From positions 31,558,001 through 31,622,000 of the forward strand of contig CM022670.1 of NCBI GenBank assembly GCA_012295275.1: 64,000 nt of DNA, read 5' to 3'. Source of the stretch: Chrysomallon squamiferum (taxonomy: Eukaryota; Animalia; Mollusca). A program made the position numbers and the translations under genes. The notes below the pieces were generated by a model. The model did no database searches, was not told the origin of the DNA, and worked only from the letters and a program-made list of their open reading frames with translations. Every line of letters starts with the position of its first letter. Within the stretch, counting starts at the first letter, position 1. This document shows, piece by piece, positions 51,403 to 64,000 of the stretch.

Positions 51403-54400
51403 ATGGCTTCCGGACAGAGCAAAAGTACCTTTCCTCATTTTGCAACAGATACCATCCATGTTGGGCAAGAACCTGAACAATGGAAGTCAATGGCAGTTAT
51501 TCCACCTATATCTCTTTCCACAACTTTTAAGCAATTTGGGCCTGCGGAACATGCAGTAAGTTTTGTGAACGTATTTATATATAATACTAATAGATTATAG
51601 AGGTGTGTCAACACGTGTGTCTAATTGATTTGCGTTCTATATAAATAATAATAAATTATCACTATAACTTATAAGTTATAAATTATTAATAATAATATCA
51701 GTGAAGGAAAGATAAAAATCCCAGTTATTCCACTGTAATACAGATATTAATTTTTATTGTTTGAAAAGTATTAAGTTAAAAGCGAAACCGTGAGAACTCA
51801 GTACGTGGCTAAACAGATGTCAGTTGTCACATTGTCACGCTTACCCATCTATTTTTAGACTGGATAACCCTAGTCGATTAGAAATAGAAACTTTTTTATT
51901 TTTAATATAATTATGCATGACTTGTTATTTTTGAAAAATTATGATATCATTCCTTTCTTTCTTTTTTAAAAATTTATTTCAGTACAAAATAATACTAAGA
52001 AAAGTAAATAAACCCCCCCCCCAAAAAAAAAAACAACAACAAAAAAAAGAAAAAAAAAAAAAATTATGACTAGGCTTAGTCTAAGGTGAAAAGACAGAGG
52101 GGTCCTTTTCCTTTTGGAAAAATGCTACAGATATCAGTCTAAGTGATAAATTTAAAAACAACCACAACGTAACCACATCCCCCAGCCCCCCCACATCCCC
52201 CCAGCCCTCCCACAAAAACCCCATACAGATTAATAATAATGATAATAATAAATTTATGATGTTGAATTTTGCTAGTCTTTTGAATTGTTTCAAACATGAG
52301 TAATAATGTAATTAACAATATTTACTTGTAGGTCCTTCATAATATATCGCAATCAAATTATAAGAATAAATAGTTGTATTTTACATAAAAATAATAATCT
52401 GTGTTTCCTTATTACCTGATCAACATTTAAGGAACACTTTTTGGAATGGGAATAGAACAAAATTAAAATATTTTCCCTCCAGGTTTATGGTTTATGATTT
52501 CAGGGTTTTGAGTATTCAAGAAGTGGAAATCCTACCAGAGAGTGTTTGGAAAAATGCTTGGCTGCAGTAGAGCGAGCTAAATATGGTGTGTTAAGATGAA
52601 CAGTACCTGACAATTAAGATTGTTTTATTAATGAGGTTAAAAACACAGTGATATATTCTTTTATATATTCAGTCTGTTGTTCATTTTGTGTTATGACAAA
52701 AAATACAAAGAAATTTCAAAGTAGGACAGTTGTGAACAGAATAATTCATTTATTAATAGTTTGGAAAATAAGTAATGTACTTTAAAAAAAAAAAAAAAGA
52801 ATTATTTTTAAAAATCAATAAATTTACACAGAATTTTTTTTTTTTTTTTTTTTAAATGTATGTATATACATGAAAAGCTTTAGGTATCAGGCAGTGATAA
52901 AATTGGGATTTATATTTACATATTGTTAGAATAATTTTTTTATTGCAGTTAACATAATTTTTTATCGTTATTCTGACAGGTATGTGTTTCTCATCAGGCT
53001 TGGCAACAACAATGACTATTACTCACTTGTTGCAGACAGGTGACCATATAGTCAGCATGGATGATGTTTATGGAGGTATAATAAATGTCTTTAGAAAACT
53101 GAATTAATAATCTCATTATCATATTTGGATTTTCTATATCATTATGTTCTGCCATCATCTTCCCGTTAATACATTATTTTAAAAAATTGACATCCTGCTG
53201 CAACTATCATAAATTCTAATTATTATGACTATTTTTTCATTATTTCCTATATCAGAGTTTTATTTTTACAAATAAATTTTTAATACTTTTTGATTATAGA
53301 ATCTCTTGTTAATAAATTTTAGACATTTAAACATTAAAGTTAGAATTGTCTGTTTATTATTTACTGTTTATGTATTTAAGAAACTATTTACAGAAGAATT
53401 TATACTATTTGAGTTTTTTGAATCTAGCAGGCTTTCTTACCAAGTTGTTATGCCCACAATATAAAATAGATATTAAAATTTAACTCTAAAGGAAATTTGA
53501 TAACTCTAAGTAAACACTAATATGTCATTATAATAAATGAAATATAAATTGTAACTTTAACAATAATGAAAGAAAAAAAAACAACCCCAAAACATCCAAA
53601 ACCCCAAACAAAAAAAATCTTTATCTTTTTTTTTTTTTTTATAAGGTACTAATCGCCTGTTTAGAAACTGTGGTCCTAAAATGGGAATTGATGTCAGTTT
53701 TGTTGATTGTACAAAAATTGAGGAAGTTCGGAAAGCCATTAAGCCAAACACTAAGGTTTGTGTCTTAATGTAAAAATTTTATTTCTATTTTTTTCTGTAT
53801 ATCAGCCTTATAATTTAGCAGTTGTCAGGGCAAAATATCTGTAAAAAATTCCAGTTGAATTACCTTGTCATTTAATATGTAACATAACTATATTTAGTTA
53901 TAATCTACAAAAATTTAACTTTTTATACTTACTCATATGTGTGTATATCTATCATTTGTTTTTTTAAAAATCCTTTAATGCTTATGAACACACAACCATG
54001 TTTTATAGGTAAACCAAATTATTTATAAAATAGGATTAAATGTAATTCATCGTGGTGTGTGTTTTGTTATAGATCCAGCAAAATATAGTATGTGAGTCTT
54101 GTACCGGTCTTATTAGTACATTTTTGTCATCTCTGCTCTTTATCTTTGTTACTGTTAATTACATTACAGGTAAAATATTAAATTAGTAATGTAATTGCAA
54201 CAGTTATTTCAACATATATTTTTTTTGCCACTACACAGCGTTAAATGTCACGTTATACAAAATGTTTTGTTTATTTTAATTATAGATGTTATGGATTGAA
54301 ACTCCAACAAATCCACTACTGAAACTGGTTGACATTGAAGCAGTGTGTAAAGTGGCTCATGCTGCTTCGAAAGATGTTTTTATTGTAGTTGACAACACCT

Positions 54401-57400
54401 TTATGTCACCATACTTCCAGGTAATAAATAAAATAAAAAGATAATTGATTATTAGTATTAGTTTTTTGTTTCTCATCATGACAATGATATGTTTACTATA
54501 AAGATTATTTGAAAATAATGTTAATTATTTTCAGTTGTAAAATTGTACTTTTTTATATTTTTAATTAAGTGATTAAAATTAAAAAAAATAATTTATCATT
54601 ACATATATTTATCCATTAGCTCATTAATATTTATATATAAGTCAATTTTCAAATTTAATTTATTTCAGATTGGATTTTTTTTTATTAAAATGTAACAGAA
54701 TACTGTAAAATCATTATCTTACATTTAGGATTGTCATTATTAGCCTTATCAGAAATCATTAACACAACAATTCAAAGTTACTAAATTTAACATTTTAATA
54801 CATATTTACAGTTAAAAAAATTTGCCACCTGTGTGTAATATAACATTTAAAAAAAAAGATGAACAACAGCAACGATAATTAAACAGTACCTCATATTTAT
54901 TTTACAAATTGCATCTTAGTTTCAGATTTTAAACATGCATTTTTTATGCAGATGAAGAGCTGTTTTTACCCTTTGTAATAAAATAATCTTCTTAATGATT
55001 TGTAGCATCCTCTGGATTTTGGAGCTGATATATCCATGCATTCTGTAACTAAGTACATAAATGGTAAGACATTTCACAGTTAACTTATATTTTTGAACTT
55101 ATTTAATTAATATTTAAATTTTTTGAAGATGTGACCACTGAATCAAGTGAAAAATGGAAATTAATTCCTGTAATTATCTAAAATCTTCAAAAGAACTAAG
55201 GTTAAAACATAATTTAACTGTACATCATGGCACAAAGATGATTTTTTATTTTAAAAATATTAATAAATTTTAAAAATAAAGCAGTATGTTATTTAATAAA
55301 TATTCAGCCAATACGAAATTCTGTTTTTCGTTATTTCAGATACATTTTTTTCTTGATTTTCTGTTTATGGTATGTGTATTAACATTCATATGGTGTTTTC
55401 AGGACATGGAGATGTAGTTATGGGAGCTGTGGCTTTAAACAACGAAGATCTTTATAATCAAATACGATTTCTTCAAAATGGTTTGTCAGTTCAACACATT
55501 TGTCATCAAACAATTAACACATTACATAACTTATTAATAATTTAGGAAAATGAATATTAAATATTGTGAAAAAAATTTGAACAATAAATATTGGTTTAGG
55601 AAACTGAATGATTTTTGTTATTAGTAGATATACTAACAGATATAACCTTATGAATAATTATATTGATTATTTTTTTGATTAAAATAACCAAAGATAAATT
55701 AACAACCTTTTCAGTAAGTTTACACTATATTTATAAAATAAAATTGTAATATTTTTTGTTCAAGAGCATCTTCTACTACTTTCTTCAGAAGAGTTACAAA
55801 ATCAATAATTATTTTATTTATATAAAAAGAGATATTAACAGTCTCTAATGTGTTTAAATTTTCTAAATGTTTATAGCAATTGGACCAGTTCCTTCACCTT
55901 TTGATTGTTTCCTAGTCAATCGGGGCTTGAAGACATTGCATCTCAGGATGAGAGAACATGAAAAGAATGCGACTGCTATTGCCAACTTCCTGGAAAATAA
56001 TCCAAGAGTAGAGAAAGTATTATATCCAGGTGACTATTTTTTTAATTTTTGTTTCAAAAATAACTTCATTTGTGTCTCCTTTTTAAATTGAATTTTCTTA
56101 TGTTTAGATATTTATAAACATGATCAAAAAACAAATTGTGTGAAAAGATTAAACAGAAGTGAATATTATGTAAAAGAAACAACCAAAACCTAATGTAGAT
56201 AGAAAGATAATGGTTGAAAAACCTTTAATTTTTTATTTAAAGATGCAGTACCTATACACTTATAAACAAATACTTTAATTTACCTATTATTTCTTTTGAA
56301 TTGAATTTTAAAACTATCTAAATTTATTTTCATTACAATAACAATGGCTGTATGTATAAAATTTAAGGTTTAACATCTCACCCACAACATGAGCTGGCCA
56401 AACAGCAGATGAAGGGATTCAGTGGGATGGTCACTTTCTTTATTAAAGGGGGCCTGGAGGAAGCAAAAACCTTCTTAAAAACAGTAAAGGTTTGTTTTAT
56501 TATTTTTTTCTCAGTATTTCTAGACAATACACATGTTTATTGGTCATTAACTGCAACTGACAGTATGTGATATTTTACTATTCTGAGGTTTTGAGGTATT
56601 TGGGAACTCCTGGTTTAATCAGGTACTGGAATGGAGATACTAGTATTTAAATATCTAAATAAAAATATGCTGTTTGAATCATATTGGTTAAGGAACTGTG
56701 AATGCATTTTATAAATATTGCGAAGTACAAAATGAACAAATTTTAAAGAAAACAAGATATTTTCTAATTTACAGATTTTCACTCTGGCAGAAAGTCTTGG
56801 AGGATTTGAAAGTCTTTGTGAACATCCGTAAGTTAAATATATAACAGTTGATAACTTGTAGTAACTTGTGTATGGAAACAGTACTTTCATTGGGGAGACC
56901 TTTCTGTTTTGCTTTTTAAGAATAAAATACAAATACTTAATGTAGCTGTGTTGTGTGGAGTCAGAAATAGATGAGATTTTTATTGTTTTTTTAATTATAA
57001 ATGTCATGAAGTATTTAAAATATAAAAAAAATTACAATAACATACTGACTTGTATATAAAACATTGAAATAATTACAAAAAAAGGTAAAAAAAACAACAA
57101 AACAACAAATAAACAAACAAGATAATGCAAGGAAATAATGATTGGGAAGTATGGGATTGGAGAGGTTGTGTCCTCTTGTTAATTCTTTTAACATTGCTGT
57201 TGTAGATTGAAAGGAATTTAGGATTTCGTGCTGTTTTGTTAAAAGTTAATAATATTTGTGAACTAGAGATATGAAGAGTTGCTTCTTTTTGGTGACACTG
57301 TGTTGTAAGACGGAAATGATATTATCCTAAAATATACTCATTATATTATTTTCACTTCCAGTGCCTTAATGACTCATGCTTCTGTACCAGCTGAACAACG

Positions 57401-58025
57401 TGTAAGACTGGGTATAACTGACAACCTAATTAGGCTGTCCGTCGGCTTAGAAGATACTGAAGATCTTATTGACGATATTGAAATGGCTTTGAAAACTGCT
57501 GTAAGTTAAAATAATAAAGAACTGAGAAATATTTCAGAATGAATATTAATTTAAGACTATAAGATGACAGTACCAAATACAAAATACATCAGAATCAAGA
57601 TATAATTAATTTTTTATTTTACAATTTTTAATTTACAATGAAGTTGGTTATGATTTTCAAAATACCTCACTGTAATTGTGAGAAAAATAATAATTCATTT
57701 GTATTTTTATAATTGTTTATATGAATAATTGAAGACTGCATGTTGAACTTTTGCACAATAATTTTGGAATAATGTTGTTTCAGACCTTTCTAATGTTAGA
57801 ATTACCAAACATTATAATTATTAAGCTCTAACATCTCCTATTTTTATTCAGGCTAAGATATGTTTAAGATTTAGTTTTAGGTTATCAATTTTCACTATGA
57901 AACTGGCCACCCTATTGCAATGTGTTTAAAACCATTAAGTAAATTAAGTTCATTATTTTCTATTTGAAATTTGTATATCCAGATATTAATATTTTTAATT
58001 TTTATTTTTTTGACAGATTCCATAA
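51403..58025 (+). CDS. CTH: Cystathionine gamma-lyase, about 395 aa
   Basis: Exons 51403-51555 ([11 protein letters not shown]), 52504-52585 (YSRSGNPTR), 52980-53075 (DDVYGG), 53646-53755, 54286-54420 ([14 protein letters not shown]), 55006-55063 (PLP lysine HSVTKYING), 55403-55480, 55877-56029, 56368-56489, 56775-56827 (LAESLGG), 57362-57500 ([15 protein letters not shown]), 58017-58025 (IP*). Total 1188 nt in frame. Confidence 0.97.
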
Positions 58026-61000
58026 ATGTTCCAAAAATTGTACTCAGAACTGTCATCAATCAACGATTTCTTAATATATGGAGACTTTTGTTTTTCATTT
58101 ATACTGGTGATTAAACATGTGTAAAGCTTAAGGCTGCAAAATGCATTGGTAGTAAGAATATATTACATTTGTAAAATCTGAGAAGAATGTTTATTTAGTT
58201 TTCAAGGTTTTGATGATTTTATTATGTGTTAAAGATTTTATTATATTGTATTGCAATATTCACAAAAAAACATTATTAGATGATCACAAATTAAAATTTG
58301 GTGTCACATATTAATACTAATTAGTAGATGATTTTTCTTTTATTATTTATCAGAATGTGGGTTAAATTGCAATAACTTTTATTATTGTGAATGTAATAGG
58401 TTTTGATAAATACAGTTGATGAGAATATACTTTTTTGTTCAGTCTCTATATATAAATATTCTACATAATAATGATAATAATAATAATAATCAAAATTGGT
58501 ACTACTACTACTACTAATATTATTCAGAAGAAATCAAAATTCATCATTCACCTGTAAAATTAAAAAGATTTATTTGCAAATTGTAATGTTTGAAAATAAA
58601 TATTTACCAGTTATAAAAGAATAACCACTGGAGTGGATAATATGATTTAATTTTTTTGTATGACAATCATAAGATTGGCATTAAACTTATATTTTGCAAC
58701 ATACATACATACATATACATACATATATATTTCATTTTACAGAATGGCTTGTGATTTTTCCATGTATCATTTACACTGGTTTTTAGTAATATAGGTATAC
58801 AGTAATGGACTGATATTACAGTGATTCAGATTTATCATATGATTCAAAACATTTGGTTAATTAAGAAAGTCCAGTTTGTTACAAAATGTATTCATTAAAA
58901 CTAATTCTGTTACATTTTTACTTGTTATATTTATACTCATATTTTGAAATCCATTCATTTCTAATTACATTGCTACTTGATTTTAAATTTCTATTTTTCT
59001 TCTTCCTTAATTCTTAAATTTGTTTTGTTTTTATAGTATTATATTTCTATTTTCTGTAACTTGTTCGTGATAAAAAGTCATTTTCAGGCATATTTTTGAC
59101 ATTCCTATATAAGTATTTTAGCTTTTAGATATTGTTTTACATAATGAATTAATACTGAATGACACCTCTTCACTAAGATTGTCTGCTATGGTAGTCACAA
59201 AAGTATATTGTAGAGTATCATTAAGCAAAAAACCTTACAGACAGAAAATGAAATATGATGAATAAAATTAGAATAAATATGTTTATGTATTGTTCCTAAA
59301 GATGGTTTTACATTGACCAAAATTAATATTAAATTACATGGTGGATTCCTCTTTTAAAACAGAACTAGAATATTTACTTCAATTTGAAGTAATAACATCC
59401 ACTGTTATTTCACTTTATGCATTTTATTGCTGGCTTTTATATGTACACTTTGGTTGCCTTATCTGCATGTATACTGCTCCATAACTGCTTGTGAATGTGC
59501 AAAACTGCAGAGGTAATGATGTAATTTCACCCCATATGTGATCACAACTCAAAACCCCACATTTAAGTAATGCTAATACCCATTTAAATCATGCTGACTA
59601 TGGTATTTTTGCATACTGTACATTACCATAAGCACACAGTTTACTGCACATTTTTAATTTTTAAATTTATTTTTCCAGTGTGGTTGGTCAAAACTATGAA
59701 TGTCAAGTTTGCAGATAAGGCAGTCCAACAACTGACTGAAAAGCCAATACTCATTCTGTGGGATGTAGTTAAACATTCAGAACTTTATTTTATTATTAAG
59801 AATAATTTTGTTGTTTTTTTTCATGGGAGTTTCCAACTTAATTATAAGACTGCTGTCAGACATTCAGCTGTGAATGGATCTGAAATAGATTTTCTCCACC
59901 ACCAGATTTAATTCATATACATTCATAAATTTTAATTTTATTTTACATGCAACATTTCAAGCTTATTCTCATCTTGTGAGTGCAGAAATGATATTAATAC
60001 TCAAATTGTAGAATTTGAAAAGCTGTATTTAGTTTTTTAATCAATTTGATGTTTTATGGAAAACATTTTGAAATAATGTATTTCTGAAATTGTTTAATGG
60101 ATCAGGTTTATATTTATTTTTACTGGGAATCAGGATTTTTGGTTTGTGTTTTGGTGTGTGTTTACATATTTACCGATACTTTTTATAGTTTTCGCAACTT
60201 TAAATGGTACATTGCTGCTTTAATTACATGATTTGAATTGTGATACTTTTTAATTCAAATTATTTTGATCATCATTAAGTTTGATTGTCTCAATGATTTA
60301 AAAAATAATAATAATATTTTTAGTTAATTAAATTATCTTTAAAGATAAAGTCTCTTGTTATTTTTTCATTTGCACATAAACATTGTTGATATTCAAAAGA
60401 TTACTGAATCTAAATAAAAAAAATAAAAAAGAAGATAAAGTAAAAAAACAACAACAAACAAACAAAAAAACTTACTTGAAAAATCTGCATGACATTTGTA
60501 AAAGGTAAGAAAAGTGGAAAAAGATATTATTTAATAAATACAGATTCCATCATCTAATTACCTTACTGAAAATGTCAAAAATTATTTATTTATAAAGTTT
60601 GTTTTATATTATTTCATAGTAAAAAAAAACAAGATTCTACAGTTAATTTAATTGTTTATTTTTAATCATATATTCTTTCTATTGATTTTTAAAATATCTT
60701 GCACATCTTGTATGTAGCTTTTGAAGTTTTACAAAATTAATGGAAATAGTTTTGTAAAGATGGTTGTGAAATAAATATATTAACCTGATACACTAAATGA
60801 GGAAAACACTCGTAAATAACCGTAAGACTGAACAAATAAAGGCAAACATATAGTTGATATACATACTAATACTGATAAAAAAAAAAAAACACACTGGCCC
60901 AGGAGTATATACATATTTAAAAAGACGCGAACACGTTAATGAATCTAATATGCAAACACAAATGCACATAAAATAAATACACATCTATAAAGAAGTAGGT

Positions 61001-61521
61001 GTATATTAAAAAAAAACAAAAAAAAACAACAACAAGCAAACAATACAGAAAAAAAATATAAACAAATGTTTACGTTCATTATACAAAAATAATAATAACA
61101 AATCCATCCAACCCATATTTAATTACTATTAGTAGTAATATAACAAACAAAAACAATACTAAATAAATGAAATAAATACATTAAATAAATGGATAAAAAA
61201 ATAAATTAATAAATAATTTTAAAATAGTTAGTACTTAGAAACATTCATGAATATAAATTTAGATATACTGTCATTCTAAGAGTAGGCTGTTTTTAACCTC
61301 ATTTCAAAAAGAGTCTAGTTCCGGCCATGGCAATAAATACAAAGATACGGCTTCAGGTATTCAATTAATGGAGTTGTTTTTTCATTCTGGTAGTATTTCA
61401 AGCGGAGAATAAAATCATGCGTTCGAAAGTAATACAATTAGGTAAATTGGTAGGTGACCACACAATACAGGCACTTTGGAGTACTTACTTTGAGGTAAAT
61501 AAATAGAATTGTAAATTATTT

Positions 61522-63424
61522 TCAATTCATTTTTTTTCTTCCATTAATTAAGTAAGAGTCTAGTTCAGTTAAATACCTTTTACATATGAACTCCGCATCG
61601 GATTTTATTTTGAGATTTTTACCGAGTTTAAATGGATGAAGAAATACATGGCTGATATTAAACATTTCTTTGTATTTGTCTCGGTTATTCCAGAGGTATG
61701 ACCCTGACATGCGTACTATTTCGCGGTGAGAAACTAAACCGCTAATAATGGTTGGTATTGCAATTTCATGAAACACTTTGTATTTCCAGAATAATGACGT
61801 AAAATATATATAATCATTTTTCAGTTTTGCTGGGACGTAATAGATATCAGATGCTTCATAGAACGCGCTGTTGTTATTCCCGGAATTTAGTTCCAAATTA
61901 TTTAGAAAATTCTGTATTTTCCATGCAACCTTCTGATCTTGTAGTAACAAGGACAACTCTTTAAGCACTTTCTGGACAGTTTTTCTGCCAGGTTTCCATC
62001 CCCACCAAAGATAGGATGTGTCAATGTCAGTCGCAAAATCAATGGACAGATTCCCAGCACGTATGCTTTTCTGAAACCATATCTTATCTTTAGGAAAACC
62101 GTCAATATTCCAAACATTGAATAACACGTCATCGCTTATTTGGAGATAGCCATTAACGTCATATCCAATTTTCATTGCTTCCATCATACATTGCTGGGAG
62201 TAAATGCCACCATGTACATTAATTTCGATGAACGACATACCACGCTTTGAAAATTTCAAATTCGAAAATTCATCCAAAGCATCGCCACATATGACTATGT
62301 GTGAAAAATGTCTGCCATACATGTAACTGAGATACTTGATGTTTTTCAGGTATCCAGGGTGGTTAAAGATGATAATCAACAATATATCGTCAATCGGGTG
62401 TGTTGTCAGTAGTTGTTTGATATAAGGTGTGTAATGCTGATCCTGTTGACAAACGGAATAAAAAGGATTTTTAGTAACAGTCATTTCATATTTTATTTCA
62501 TTTCGAAACGTCTTCACTGAAACAGCATTACAAGGATTATAAGCCATGCGATAACCTGTTTTTTCTTTTGTCCTTTTAATTTTAACTAAAGCAGACCGCA
62601 TATAAGTCTTTCTTTTAGTAATTGTTCTTTTCGGTTCATATCTGTTTAACAGAAGCATCCAGTTTATTATTTGTGCGTGTTCGTTTGGACTGAAATAACT
62701 CCATCCCACCATGAAATTAGTCAACTCACTGACACAGTCGTAAAAGGTATTGTTAATTTTGCATTGCCATTTCGATAACTTCTCTCGAAGAACTCCTAAA
62801 TTAATATGTCCATTCTGAATTACTATACTGTCAGCAGTGTTTTCTACAAATTCTTTTACTGCATTATTACTGACAGGTGCTAGAAATTTCGTGGTTCCAT
62901 CGAATTCCAACATTAGGCGTTGTATCCAGAAAGACCAGATGTACATTTTATCTGGAGATGCTGCGAGTAATGGTGCCAAACACCAGAACAAATTTCGATG
63001 GAAAAGTGACCCTTTTAAAGATTCCATATGGTATATAAAACTGGGAACAATAACTGGCGGGGCATAATGATCGACACCTTCCATTGATAAAGGTCGCCAA
63101 ACCTTTTGAATGCAAGGGACTGATAAGCTTTGAAGCCTGTATAAAAGTGTCAAATTATTTTCATGACTGTTAGCACATGTAAAATGTTGTGATAGATTCA
63201 AGATACCTTTGTCTTTAAATGTCATTCCTGTTTGCCAAGACTCAGTTTTAAATGATTTTACTTCTTCTATCAAAGATTTGACATCTTTTCCCCAAATAAT
63301 ATATTCTGCACCCATATTTATTATGTAGAACACTCCCTTCACGTGCACTGGCTTCGAGCTTAAATGAAATGGCTTCAACAGCGTGTCTGCAGAATTTTCA
63401 TCGAAATGTATACAACTGATACAT
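61522..63424 (-). CDS. STELLO/DUF288-like putative glycosyltransferase, terminal exon (5' exons not identified, probably beyond the window)
   Basis: A 1903-nt open exon starts after the acceptor TTCTAG (phase 2). Motifs DILLIIIFNHP, GYLQISDDVLFNVWN, SDIYYVP, FHEIAIPTI and FLHPFK fit the C-terminal domain of STELLO-like proteins. Confidence 0.75.
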
Positions 63425-63780
63425 CTAGAAGGTATAGAAAATACATCAGATTAGTTAAATTCTGAAAACATTTTTGTGTAAATAATTGTATCTCTTTAGG
63501 AGAATTTAATGCGTGTTACATGTGGTGCCTCAGTAGTGACTAAATCGTTTGCATCCAATATGTGTGATCTGTGGACATTTTTCTGAGATAATTCACCATC
63601 CAAAGTTTCTAGAGTGTAAACATGACCATCCACACTGGGTTTAGCAATCATTTGTAACGTGTTTTTAAACAAGAAAAAATGTATGTATAAATTACAAATT
63701 TAAAAATTAAAAAAAAAAAAAAAAAAAAACACAATAAAAGAGTGTAAAGAAATAAATTGGTTTTGTAAAGTGTACAAAGT

Positions 63781-64000
63781 TAGGGATTCTCCATCTTTTC
63801 TTGGACAGGTTCGCAGCTTAGAAATTATTTTAACGCCTTTGGCTGTAATTACAGCCTTTGTCGACTCCTTCTGCTTCAGTATGGTACATATCGTAAAAGT
63901 ACTATGCTCGTACTGCCTAGCCATGTTTTTCAATGATTTCATGCTTTAATTCAATGGACATCATCCGCTTCTTCTTCTCAGCACTGTCCTTTGCACTCAT
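63781..64000 (-). mobile_element. Tigger/pogo (TIGD1-like) transposase N-terminal fragment, disrupted
   Basis: Minus strand MSAKDSAEKKKRMMSIELKHEIIEKH, then after a frameshift ARQYEHSTFTICTILKQKESTKAVITAKGVKIISKLRT, a CENP-B/psq-type HTH of Tigger transposases. Truncated, and continues past the window edge. Confidence 0.85.

Noticed and set aside
56615-57007. 130-aa minus-strand ORF within CTH
   Set aside because: Antisense to CTH exon 10 and AT-rich intron, with no domain similarity.
1-64000. CRISPR arrays, operons or other prokaryotic systems
   Set aside because: The sequence is spliceosomal-intron-containing animal DNA, and no repeat-spacer array was seen.

Overview
AT-rich, intron-rich animal genomic DNA. 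A degenerate SINE resembling the Nin-domain family suggests a mollusc, possibly a gastropod (inference). Gene models were built by hand from GT-AG boundaries and frame continuity. In order: the 3' part of RAD23 (+, ends 4162); a single-coding-exon Tctex1-domain dynein light chain (-, 6265-6942); RWDD3 (-, 11451-13075) head-to-head with the nuclear m6A reader YTHDC1 (+, 15695-31635, 17 coding exons); two tandem SLC51A/OST-alpha paralogues (-, 35002-38840 and 42674-47959); tRNA-Asp(GUC) (-, 51083-51154) divergent from cystathionine gamma-lyase CTH (+, 51403-58025, 12 exons); and the last exon of a STELLO/DUF288-like glycosyltransferase (-, 61522-63424). Several MITEs, a Tigger transposase relic, and SINE/LINE remnants are also present. 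The strongest unexplained signal is in the long intron after the YTH-domain exons of YTHDC1. It is a sense-strand cluster of GGAC(U/A) m6A consensus sites with a hairpin, flanked by candidate splice sites and premature stops, which looks like an m6A-sensing autoregulatory poison-exon module. An RFX X-box plus forkhead motif upstream of the dynein light chain is the second. No prokaryotic-type system such as CRISPR is present.
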